Source: Piedraia hortae CBS 480.64
Taxonomy: Eukaryota
Assembly: GCA_010093745.1 (NCBI GenBank)
Contig: MU006026.1
Coordinates: 1-64,000 of the forward strand
Direction: 5' to 3'
DNA: 64,000 bases
In this document: positions 11,701 to 21,675 of the stretch, one piece after another
Numbering within the stretch: the stretch's first letter is position 1
How the letters are laid out: the number at the start of each line of letters is the position of its first letter
The notes under the pieces: generated by a model
Databases searched by the model: none
Told to the model about the DNA's origin: nothing
What the model saw: only the letters and a program-made list of their open reading frames with translations
Translations under genes and position numbers: made by a program

Positions 11701-13916
11701 GGCCCAGCCGCTTAGCTGCCCCATTTTAGCTGTGATGTCTTCGACTGCCCGCGAAGAGTCTCGCATACCCAGCTCCCACAAGCCTTCAAGGTGGTCCGCC
11801 ACCACCTTCAAGACCAGATCGTTTAGATACTTTGCGTTCCATCGATTGACAGACATGGCTCGCTGGAATATCTCATGAAGGATTTGACCATAGACCGTCG
11901 CCATGGACGTTTCACCGGTTGCTTTGATTCGGTCCTGCAAGACTGCCTTGCGGAAACAATCGAAAGAATCAGCAACGATAGTGGCCGAGAGCATATGATC
12001 TGGATGTACGATCAGGAAAGGGCTGGAGTCATCATCGGTAATGACGATTCGCAGATCAGTGCTGCTGAAAGTGCCGTTGTAGGCATGTGCGACATGGACG
12101 ATATTTCCATCAGTCACGTTCGTTTGCGCCCAAGAGCCTTGCAGAAGGATTGTCACCTTCTTTTGCGTGGGCTCCTCTATGGCCAAAAGTTCTCGCTGGG
12201 ACCTGCTTCGGCCTTCTGCAGCGATATAGAAGCCGTCGCTGACTTGTTTCACTTGAAAACGGCGCAGTCGGAGGGCTTGTTCGGGGCAAGGTATCTATAG
12301 AACTATGAGCTACATATACCAGACACACGTTGTGAACTTGCCCTGTACGCTTCGATGGCCTTGGACTCCGCTTGCACCCAAGCGTCTTCATCAATGTCAG
12401 AATCACCAAACTCTTCGTCGTTGTCATGATCCGTGGCAGTCCCAATCGATGTCTGTATGGGAGCAACGCCTTGGGTTGGAACTGCTGGTGTTTTTTCCTG
12501 GACTTGGAGATCATTCCCGTCCAAATCGAGATCACCATACTCGGTATCATTGCTATTCATGGACGGTTGAGGGTCTCGTTGCCCCACAGACTGCTGGGCT
12601 GCCTGATCAGTCACTGGCTCCTGCTTCTTTTGGGTCTGCAACGCCAACGGCTCAAGGTCTTCTACAGCAAAATCAAAGTCGTCCAACTCATCAGGGTCTT
12701 CACATGGTGCAGGGTCTGGTGGGTCCTGTTTGACAGGCCCAGACTCATTTACGCTTTTGAACGTTGCTGGACGCTTGTAGGCGGGCATAGGCACCTTGTT
12801 TTGGAGCTGGAATGGAGCCGATGCTGTCCACTGCACTTGCTGGAGTTCTGGCTGAGTGTTAGTCTCTAATGTTTCTTCAGCCTCCGTGTGCAGTGCTTCA
12901 GTCTTCGCCTTGAACAGGCCTATTTGTGGGAGGCTAGCGCTGTTGGCCCCACGCAGCGGCAGCGGGTTTGAGCTCGAAGGTGCGTTGAACTTCACCGTCG
13001 GTTCTGGCACCGTCCTCTGGCTGGCTAGAGATTTTTGAATCTTTTCAACCATGCCGGCTAGTTTGCTTTCCCGCCCGGGCTCGCTGCATCTGCCGCTTAG
13101 CATTGGGCGTTTGCTGCTGGAGGGCCAGTCGTTCCCAGCACTCGCCCACCTGCGAAACCCCGTACCCTTAAGGGGCGTTTCTATCGGTTTGGGCGAGTCT
13201 CCCTGTAGATTTGCGATATTAACACCGTCAGCGCCATAACTTTTCCACAGCCTCGCAGTTGGATCAGCGTCAGGAGTCTTTTTCTCGTTGGGAGGCGCCT
13301 CCTGCCACTGAGATAAGCTGGGTGGACACAGCGGCGACGAGCTTTTGGCCCGTTTGCGTTTTCTACTGGGAGTCAAGGCAGCCGATGAGCTCTGCGGGAT
13401 CCATCCGACCTGCTCTTCGGGGGTGCATTTTGTGCGCGGTTCTTGAGTTTGTGGCTCATCAAATTCACCAATCAGATCCTCAAGAGGCAGCTTGGCGCTT
13501 GGCGTACAAGGAAAGGCGTGTGAATGAGTTAGTTTTGGGGTTTTGTTGCTCCTGGGCTGGAGGACGGGTTTGACTGGTGTTCTCAGGATAAGCTTGTCTG
13601 CATCGTCCTGAACGCTCTGGACGAGAGCCTTCTCGTTGCTAGGGGCGTCCTTCTGTTGCATGTTGGCTGGCGCCGACCCAAATCGAAAAGCCTTTAGTTT
13701 CGATATTGCCTGGGAAGTGGCGGGAATCGGGGCGAATGACGATGAAGTGTTGGGATTCAATTCGGCCAGAGGTGTAGAACTGACATTGGTTGGTCGCCTC
13801 CATGATATCGGCCGTTGCTGATTGATTCGTTAGCGGGCTGAATGCGTCTTCGTCGAGTGATGTCTTACCTTTGCGCTGTGGTCCTGATCAAAGAAACTCT
13901 TGGTGCGGTTTGCCAT
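8749..13916 (-). CDS. DNA2: DNA replication/repair helicase-nuclease Dna2 (3 exons: 13916-13869, 13817-12342, 12294-8749)
   Basis: Nuclease motifs IEEHIWSPRFGLKGNIDAT and PLEVKTG, Fe-S cysteines (CSRC...C), Walker A GMPGTGKTT, DEASQ, VLVGDHHQLPP, QYRM, RRVNVALTRAK. Intron 1 is GTAAGA..CTAAC..CAG (13868-13818); intron 2 is GC-AG (12341-12295). Both are phase 0. Confidence 0.95.
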
Positions 13917-14006
13917 TCCAGCCAATATATTCCAAGAAACCCCAAGAGCGTCTTCCTCCACAGCGTAGCAATCCAATGATGCGTCAATGAAGGTGTTGAT
14001 TGACAG

Positions 14007-14031
14007 GCGCGTCGCGACTCGCGCGCGCGTT
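14007..14031. promoter_or_regulatory. CGCG/ACGCG cluster (MCB-like, MBF/SBF-type sites) upstream of DNA2
   Basis: GCGCGTCGCGACTCGCGCGCGCGTT lies about 90-115 nt upstream of the DNA2 ATG. Such sites are typical of G1/S replication genes. Confidence 0.4.
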
Positions 14032-14442
14032 TAGCGCCATGCCAGGATCGGCAAGCGTACATGCGGAACCGGTCCGTTGGGAGCGCGCGGGGTAAGCAGT
14101 CGGTTGGCGCCGATGGTTTGCATTAGCGGTCGATCAGCACTTCCGATTAGCCAATCGGAAGACGGATCACAATGTTCACTGCGACTTCAGCTGAACCTCC
14201 AAGCTGCCATAGATAAGGAATTTGGCTCAAATTCTCCAAAATAGCTCGTCTTATAGTTCCTAGGTTGAACCCATTCACATATCTCTCATCAGAAGAATCG
14301 CTATACCGACCAGCTGCACAACATGCAGGAGGTCAGCGGAATGCACGGTGTGTTTCAGGCTAAATACATCCAATCAGACGACCAAGTTTCGCGCCTGGGC
14401 ATTTTCTCTTCCTCTTCCTCTTTTTCTTGATCACCGACCACC

Positions 14443-16485
14443 ATGAAGTCGTTGGTTGCATTCGTGGTAGCCGCGGTCTCTTTAGTTACGGCCGCCGTTG
14501 TGCCTGATGCTCACGTGGTTCATGAGACCCGCGAGGGCCATTCTGCAAGATGGAACAAGCTGGGCCGCGTTCGTTCGACCGCCGTGTTGCCCATGCGCAT
14601 CGGATTGGTCCAGAGCAACCTTGATAAGTCCCATGAGTACCTTATGGACGTATCTCATCCAGACTCCCCCAACTTTGGCAAACACTGGACCTCTCAAGAG
14701 GTTATTGATGCTTTCAAGCCCGCAGACGACACCATTGACACTGTACGTCAATGGCTGGTAGAGCACGGCATCAAGAATCCGACCCTATCAGACAACAAGG
14801 CCTGGTTCGCCTTCCATGCGACTGCTGATCAGGCTGAATCTCTACTCCATACAGAGTATTTCGAGTACGAGGACAGTCTAACGGGCGGCATCCTCCCTTC
14901 ATGCGAGAGCTACAATGTCCCCAAGCGAGTGCAGCCTCACATTGACTACATCACGCCAGGAGTGAAGCTTTTTGCGCCTCATGGCGAACTGCCTGGAGAT
15001 GGAAGTCTATCCAAAAGATCCACTTATGCGAAAACCAGATCACGTCCGATGCCGGAGTCGTATATGCCTTTGAATCCGACGTCATCCAACTCAACGGGCC
15101 TGAAGAATTGTGACAAAATCATCACTCCCGCTTGCATTGCGGCGTTGTATGAGATACCTCCGGGCCATCTCAAGAGCCCAAACAACAGCCTTGGTATTTT
15201 TGAGGCTGAGCTCCAACTTTGGGACCAGCTTGACCTTGACAAGTTCTTTGCCAACCTCACAGACGGCCGCATTCCCAATGGTACCCACCCCAAGAATATT
15301 CTTGTTGATGGTGCGCGAGCTCAAACCAACTTCACCAACGAAGCGGGCGAGGAGGCTTTGTTAGATCTGGACATTGCCTATCCAATCACTTACCCTCAGA
15401 CAGTGACGGTGTGGAGCGTTGACGATGTCCGCTACCAGATGATGCCGAACAACACCTATACCTGGGGCTTCAATTCGCTCTTGGACGCCATGGATGGATC
15501 ATATTGTACGTATTCTGCATTTGGCGAGAAGGGCGATGCTCCAGGCATCGATCCCTCCTATCCTGATCCGGGCGTTCTTGGGTACGACGGAAAGCTGATG
15601 TGCGGTGTCTTCTCGCCGCCCAATGTGATGAGCGTGTCGTACGGGGGCCAGGAAGTTGATTTGCCAATCGCCTATCAAAAGCGCCAATGCAACGAGTTCC
15701 TCAAGCTGGGACTTCAGGGCGTCTCGTTCATCTATGCATCTGGGGATGCCGGTGTAGCCAATTACCCTGAGCCCAGGGGCGACAATGGCCCGACGGGCTG
15801 TCTAGGTCCCAAGGGCAACGTTTTCAACCCGACCTGGCCCAATACCTGTCCATATCTCACCAATGTGGGTGCGACCAAGATTCTGCCAAACTACACTGCC
15901 TCGGCTCCCGAGACGGCTGTGAACGACCCTGCCGGGCACCCGTACCAATACCCCTACAGCTCTGGTGGGGGATTCAGCAATGTCTATCGCATTCCCGACT
16001 ATCAAAAGGAGGCTATCGAAGAATATTTCACCCATCACGATCCTGGATACCCTCATTACAGCGGCCTGGCATCTGATGCTAGGAATCCCGTCAAGCCAAA
16101 CGTCACACGACTTGCTGGCACGACAAGTGGCGTTTACAACCGCATGGGCCGTGGTGTGCCTGATGTCGCAGCTATAGGCGACAACATTGCCGTCTACTCG
16201 TCAGGGAAGTTTAAACTCACTGGCGGGACATCTGCCAGCGCCCCCGTCTTTGCTGCCATCATCAATCGGATCAACGAAGAGCGTATTGCGACTGGAAAGG
16301 GTCCACTGGGATTTCTGAATCCGACATTGTACAAAAACCCGGAAATGTTTAATGATATCACGAGCGGCTCCAACCCTGGATGTGGAACAGACGGTTTCAA
16401 GGCTGTAAAGGGTTGGGATCCGGTCACTGGCTTGGGAACGCCAAACTATCCACGCATGCTAGAGGTGTTTATGGGGCTACCGTGA
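14443..16485 (+). CDS. Secreted sedolisin (peptidase S53, aorsin/tripeptidyl-peptidase-like)
   Basis: Signal peptide, pro-kumamolisin prodomain (DVSHPDSPNFGKHWT), catalytic EALLD, SGDAG and GGTSASAP, and C-terminal Ca-binding GWDPVTGLGTPNY. Intronless, 680 aa. Confidence 0.93.
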   Translation: MKSLVAFVVAAVSLVTAAVVPDAHVVHETREGHSARWNKLGRVRSTAVLPMRIGLVQSNLDKSHEYLMDVSHPDSPNFGKHWTSQEVIDAFKPADDTIDTVRQWLVEHGIKNPTLSDNKAWFAFHATADQAESLLHTEYFEYEDSLTGGILPSCESYNVPKRVQPHIDYITPGVKLFAPHGELPGDGSLSKRSTYAKTRSRPMPESYMPLNPTSSNSTGLKNCDKIITPACIAALYEIPPGHLKSPNNSLGIFEAELQLWDQLDLDKFFANLTDGRIPNGTHPKNILVDGARAQTNFTNEAGEEALLDLDIAYPITYPQTVTVWSVDDVRYQMMPNNTYTWGFNSLLDAMDGSYCTYSAFGEKGDAPGIDPSYPDPGVLGYDGKLMCGVFSPPNVMSVSYGGQEVDLPIAYQKRQCNEFLKLGLQGVSFIYASGDAGVANYPEPRGDNGPTGCLGPKGNVFNPTWPNTCPYLTNVGATKILPNYTASAPETAVNDPAGHPYQYPYSSGGGFSNVYRIPDYQKEAIEEYFTHHDPGYPHYSGLASDARNPVKPNVTRLAGTTSGVYNRMGRGVPDVAAIGDNIAVYSSGKFKLTGGTSASAPVFAAIINRINEERIATGKGPLGFLNPTLYKNPEMFNDITSGSNPGCGTDGFKAVKGWDPVTGLGTPNYPRMLEVFMGLP

Positions 16486-16688
16486 GCAATGTAAATGATG
16501 AGCGGGTAATACCTTAGATACCTAATTGTAATGGCTTTTCACTTTTTCCCGAGTTGTCTCGCACATTACGGTCACTTACATGTGCTAGCCCCACATATAC
16601 ATTCCCGAGTTTCGCGCTAAGCCGGGGTTTGACTGCAGGATTTCGGAGAGCGCGCGACGTCGGCCACCTTATCTTTTAGCACTCCGCC

Positions 16689-17693
16689 ATGGCGACCGAC
16701 AAACCTCTGCCCTTCGTTTACCAATTCGCCGCCGGCGCGGTGGCCGGCGTCTCCGAGATCCTCGTTATGTACCCGCTGGACGTCATCAAGACCAGAGTGC
16801 AGCTTCAAGGCAAAGTCCCGGTGCCTGGCCAAGACCATTACACTGGCATGCTAGACTGCTTCAAGAAGATTTTGAAGAATGAAGGGTGAGTTCGGTGTGT
16901 TCACATACCACGAGATGCTGACCAGAGACCAGGCCTTCCCGCTTTTATCGTGGGATTGGAGCTCCGATTCTCATGGAAGCGCCCAAGCGCGCAACGAAGT
17001 TTGCAGCCAATGATGAATTTGGCAAGCTTTATAAAAACCTATTCAATGTCCCGAACATGACCCAGGGCTTGTCAATCTTGACTGGGGCTTCGGCTGGCGT
17101 TACGGAGTCGTTCGTCGTTGTTCCGTTCGAACTCGTTAAAATTCGCCTGCAAGGTAGGCTTTATCCAGAGTTGATTGAATCTGTGCTAACATTGTCCAGA
17201 CAAGGCACAGGCGGCGAAATATAACGGCATTGTCGACTGCGTGTCCAAGGTCGTCAAGCAGGAAGGCGTTCTCGCCCTTTATCAGGGCCTCGAATCCACA
17301 ATGTGGCGCCACGCTTTGTGGAACAGCGGCTACTTTGGCTGCATCTTCCAGGTCCGCGCCTTACTTCCAGCCAACCCAACCAAGGATAAGTCAACGCAAA
17401 TGCGCAACGATCTCATTTCGGGCTCCATCGGAGGCACCGTCGGCACCATTCTCAACTGCCCCATGGACGTCGTAAAGACGCGCATTCAGAATTCCTCTGC
17501 ATCCATCGATGGTCTAAGGAAGTACGGCTGGGCGTGGCCGGCACTGGGGACTGTCTTGCGCGAAGAAGGATTTGGCGCGTTGTATAAAGGGTTCCTACCC
17601 AAAGTCCTCCGGCTGGGACCCGGCGGGGGCATTCTTTTGGTTGTTTTTACTGGAGTCATGGACTTTTTTAGGTCAATGAAGGGGCACGTGTAG
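16689..17693 (+). CDS. ODC1: Mitochondrial 2-oxodicarboxylate carrier (introns 16886-16932, 17154-17199)
   Basis: Three Px(D/E)xxKxR carrier signatures (YPLDVIKTR, VPFELVKIR, CPMDVVKTR), MEAPKRATKFAAND and PKVLRLGPGGGILL. Canonical GT-AG introns restore the frame. Confidence 0.92.
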
Positions 17694-17772
17694 TGTAATA
17701 GACTAGCACTGGCAGAGCCAATCAGATACCACCGGAGTTTTAATTCAGAAGCCAAAACATAATTCCGAAGAC

Positions 17773-19314
17773 ATGGTCGGAAACGAATCTGATGCTCTAC
17801 TTGCCATTCTACTTCTTATCCGTGGCAAGTCTGGGCCTCGGCTCGTCTACCATTACCCCGCAGAGCCACAGTTAGCAAAAATAGTCAACCCTCACGGTTC
17901 GAATGGAGCAGCCAAAAAGCCCGAAAATGAAGCCCAACTCAGCTCTAGTGCAGACGACGACTCTTTGAAGCACAAATTTGACAAATTCAATGCCTCTTAC
18001 GAATATCTCCTGGGATACAGCGTCGATACGCTTGAAACCATTCTTTCCCCGGTGGCCTCAAAAACCGATAAGAAGTTCGAACTCAATATCAACGGCATTA
18101 CATTTGTTGGCCACCCTGTGCACGTCCACGAAGATGCTGCAAGAACCAGCAGCATTCCGACACTCGCGGTCTCATCATCGCCACCATCCGGCGAAGCCTC
18201 CATTCTAGCCACATCAGCCGCGACCAGCACATCCACAGGGTCCGTAACGCTCCTTGACGAGCTCTCCATGTTTCACGTCGTCTTTGTCCTCTCAACAAAG
18301 CATCGGTCTCTCGCCTCAAAAGTGTACACCGACCTTGCAAAGCGACTCTCCCGAGCCCTAAACTACTGCCAAGAAACGAGCGGATACATGTCCAGCGAAT
18401 CGCGTAAGCTCCTCGCCCTCCGCAGCAGCGGCAAAGCAACCAACACCCCCATCACCACGCTCACCGCACAACTCACCGAAACCAGCGAGCTTGCATGGGC
18501 ATTCAAAGAAATTCTCACCAAAACTAACCTCAACGAAGTCTCCTCCGGCCTCCGATTCAGCGGCATGGAAATGTCACTAACCCTCACTCCCCCAACAATC
18601 TCCCCACCTGACCCACACTGCGCCCTCCTTCTCCTCACCGAAAAACCCACCCTCCTCTCCCTCCTAACCTCTACCCCCGACCTTGCAGCCTTCATAAAAG
18701 CCCACACACCTACCAAATCCCTCGCGAAACTCTCCGTAAAACTCTCAATTTCCCTCCCCACAATCCAGCAATACGCCACGCACTTGGTAACATGGCGCAA
18801 AGCCGTTCTAATCCCCTCCCCCCTCCACCCGCGAAGCATCTATACCCTCTCCCCGACCGCAACGTGGGAGGGATGCTTCGCCAAAGAGTATGCGAACCGC
18901 TTCCCCGCCCTCCCCTCGCTCCCGCATGTGCTGAAGATGTTGAGTGGGGGGGTGGAGTTTGGGAAGGTTATCCCCTCGAGGGATCATAGGGATGTTTATC
19001 TTGATTTGTTGGGTTTTTTGGTTGGGAAGGGGTTGGTCGTGCAGGTTAGGGTTTTTGGGTGGGTGAAGATTCCGCATGGAGAGGTGGTGAGGGATCCGCT
19101 GGGGTTGGGGAAGGAGGTTTTAGCGAATCTGGCGAGGGAGACGGTGCTGGATGAGGAAGTTCGAAAGAAATTGGGGAGGTTGGTGAGGTATTTTGATGGG
19201 GGACATCCACTGGATGAGATGGCGGCAAGGGAGGGGTTGAAGAAGAGGGCTGTGGAGGAGTGGGTTAGGAATGCCGAGGGTAAGGGGTGGGTTGTGCTGT
19301 TTAGGGCGTTGTGA
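17773..19314 (+). CDS. NPR3: Nitrogen permease regulator 3 (SEACIT/GATOR1 subunit)
   Basis: N-terminal AILLLIRGKSGPRLVYHYP, KKFELNINGITFVGHPVH, MFHVVFVL, YCQETSGYMSSES, HLVTWRKA..PLHPRSIY and a C-terminal FDG.H..DEMA.REGLKK. Confidence 0.88.
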   Translation: MVGNESDALLAILLLIRGKSGPRLVYHYPAEPQLAKIVNPHGSNGAAKKPENEAQLSSSADDDSLKHKFDKFNASYEYLLGYSVDTLETILSPVASKTDKKFELNINGITFVGHPVHVHEDAARTSSIPTLAVSSSPPSGEASILATSAATSTSTGSVTLLDELSMFHVVFVLSTKHRSLASKVYTDLAKRLSRALNYCQETSGYMSSESRKLLALRSSGKATNTPITTLTAQLTETSELAWAFKEILTKTNLNEVSSGLRFSGMEMSLTLTPPTISPPDPHCALLLLTEKPTLLSLLTSTPDLAAFIKAHTPTKSLAKLSVKLSISLPTIQQYATHLVTWRKAVLIPSPLHPRSIYTLSPTATWEGCFAKEYANRFPALPSLPHVLKMLSGGVEFGKVIPSRDHRDVYLDLLGFLVGKGLVVQVRVFGWVKIPHGEVVRDPLGLGKEVLANLARETVLDEEVRKKLGRLVRYFDGGHPLDEMAAREGLKKRAVEEWVRNAEGKGWVVLFRAL

Positions 19315-19725
19315 ACTCTCATCGGGTGAGGGGTGAGTGGTGAGTGGTTCCGTGATGTTGAGATGATTGTAATCGCAAATTAGGTCATGGTATGATTGTT
19401 CTTTGATGCAAATGCTATACTTGGTCATGATTGGTTCTCTAGACTGACCACTGTACGGTGGGTCCTAGCGTTTCACGCCAAGCTGCCCCGCTTTTTTTAG
19501 CACAAATGTCACGAAATTTTCCTGCGCTCACACTCCCTACCATCATCATGATTTTCTGAGATCGTTTCCAGAGCCAAATCTTCATGGAGCTGCCAATGGC
19601 TACATCATGCAGATGTCAATGCTGCAGTTTGATTTTTTGACGCCGGAAATATCTGCTAAGAGTCAGTATGTGCGAAGGTCATGCTCAGCTCTATGATACA
19701 TCGAGCATGACCTCCTGCTATTCGG

Positions 19726-20150
19726 CCGCATTCGCCAAGACCACGCCACGGTGCATTTTCGCTCCGGAAAAAAATCCTCTACCATGTTTCCCCTAGGCAA
19801 GCCTGATGCTCTACCCAGCCACACATTGCATGCTGAGCTCCACCCTCCGACAACTTGAACTACCCAATCTTCAATCTGACTGCATTTGCCAAGACCAAGC
19901 GACAGCGTGAATTTGTCCAGGAACTATCCTCTAGCCCCTCTTGGCACGCCTGATGCTCTACTCAGCCACACGCTGCATGCCAACATCTAGCGTTTGACAC
20001 CTCAAGCTGCCCAACCACCGATCCGACCGCACTCACCAAGGCCACGCCACAGAACGAAGTTGCCCAAGGGGAAAAAATCTCCTAACACTTGTTGGCCAGC
20101 CTGATGCTCTACCTAGCAGCACACTGCATGCAAACGTCTTACGTCTGATT
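19726..20150. repeat. Three diverged tandem copies of a ~150-bp unit
   Basis: Each unit has (c/t)GCA(t/c)T..CCAAG.CCA.GC.AC and GCCTGATGCTCTAC...C AC.(c/t)TGCATGC. Units start at about 19726, 19879 and 20027; related copies lie at about 21535 and 23028. Confidence 0.8.
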
Positions 20151-20959
20151 CCTGGTGGAGGGGTTGCTTGTTCATTGATATCAAGCCAATAGTCTAACGG
20201 ATTGAAGTGAGCTCTATGAGCAGCTCGATTTGAAACCGCGTCCGTGCCCGTCGTCAACCGTGACTCAGGTGACAGTCTGGTTGGCATTGCTCCCAAGCTC
20301 TCACGCTTCACGGAATGCACCGCGCCCCCTGGGACACCTACGACACTACTGACCTTTCCGCCCTTCCCCCCCACCCCCTCTCCCTCCACCCCCAAACCCA
20401 AAAAAAAAGGGTTTCGTCTGCCAGTGTCGCCACCCCTATTCAATACGCCGTTATGTAGGTATATGCGGGCAATAAGGGTGCAAGGATTTCTATCTGAATC
20501 TCGCGCTACGCAAGATTGAAGGCAAGGTTGGGGGCAACTGTGGAAGAGCAAACAGTCTGCTTTGAAAAGGCATCCGCTATATTCGGTGTCTTGTGGGGGC
20601 AGCGAGCAAGCTAAACACCACTCGTTTCGTCCATCGGTGATGTTTAGCTGTTTGCAATAGATGGGACATCAAGAGTCACGGCGAACAAAAGAATGAAGGA
20701 GTCTAAAACAGAAGGTAATTGGGATACCAGGAGAAAGGCACAAGGGCAGTGACAGACTCTGAGGAGTACACTCACCAATGGTCAAAGCCCAGTGACTTGA
20801 CACTCCACGCTTCTCAATTTGCAGCGCTTCTTCAGGCCATGGAAGTATGGGATATGGCATGGAATGAAGATTTCACACTAATTGAGGATATGATAAGAAA
20901 ATCCGTACGGACTTGAATAGTGTGCTTTCTTTCGTTTATCCATGCTATCAACGATAATG

Positions 20960-21130
20960 GGGTCCGACAATGTTGAATAGATTGAATCGGGCTGCGTATC
21001 GTAGTGTTTGGTAAATAATCATGTGTTTCATACCCCAGCGGCGAGCGAGGGGTTTATGGAACAGGTGGATGAGGCGTGGGTCGTGAATGCGGTCGAGTTG
21101 AGGTGGGTGGTTGTGTTTAGGCCGGTGAAA
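20960..21130 (+). pseudogene. Degenerate copy of the NPR3 3' end (start of an old tandem duplication extending to ~23590)
   Basis: VNNHVFHTPAASEGFMEQVDEAWVVNAVELRWVVVFRPV aligns with NPR3 DGGHPLDEMAAREGLKKRAVEEWVRNAEGKGWVVLFRAL. Downstream non-coding blocks also match (19458 GTGGGTCCTAGCGTTTCACGCCAAGCTGCCCC vs 21273 GTGGGTCTTAATGCTTGACGTCAAGTTGCCCC). Confidence 0.75.
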
Positions 21131-21675
21131 GGATTTGGTACCCTTTGTGAGGGTAGTGGGTGGTTGGGGGGGGATTTGCTATTTGCTTACTCAAGTCATG
21201 GTATAGCTATTCATTGATTAATGCAAAGCGTATCATTAATCATGAATGGATCTCTAAACGAATCCCAGTGGAGTGGGTCTTAATGCTTGACGTCAAGTTG
21301 CCCCACCCCATTTCGCACAAATGCCACAAAACTTTACACGCACGCACATTCTCTACCACCACCATCACCATAAATTGTCTCCAGAGCCAAAGCCCCATGA
21401 GGCTGCCATCGGCTCGGTGATGCCAATGTTAATACTGACACCAATCTGCTGACGCCAGACATATCTATCATGAGTCAGAATGTGCGAAGGTTATGGACGG
21501 CTCTATTTTCAAGCCAGCCTACCCTGCAATCCATCCGCATTTAACAAAACCACGTCACAGCGCAATCTTGCTTCAAGGGGGAACATCTTCTATGGTAGGC
21601 GAGCATGTTGCTCCATCGTGTCAGGATGTGCACTTTCGTTGCGGCGATTATAGATCAAGATGATGGTCAGCTCTA

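Noticed and set aside
19726..20150. CRISPR-like array interpretation of the periodic 14-mer
   Set aside because: The intervening sequences are homologous to each other rather than unique spacers, the DNA is eukaryotic, and there are no cas genes.
20605..20655. Hairpin with a hammerhead-like GAAAC on the minus strand
   Set aside because: It lacks the CUGAUGA core and a cleavage triplet, and the paralogous block at about 23520 does not keep the stem.
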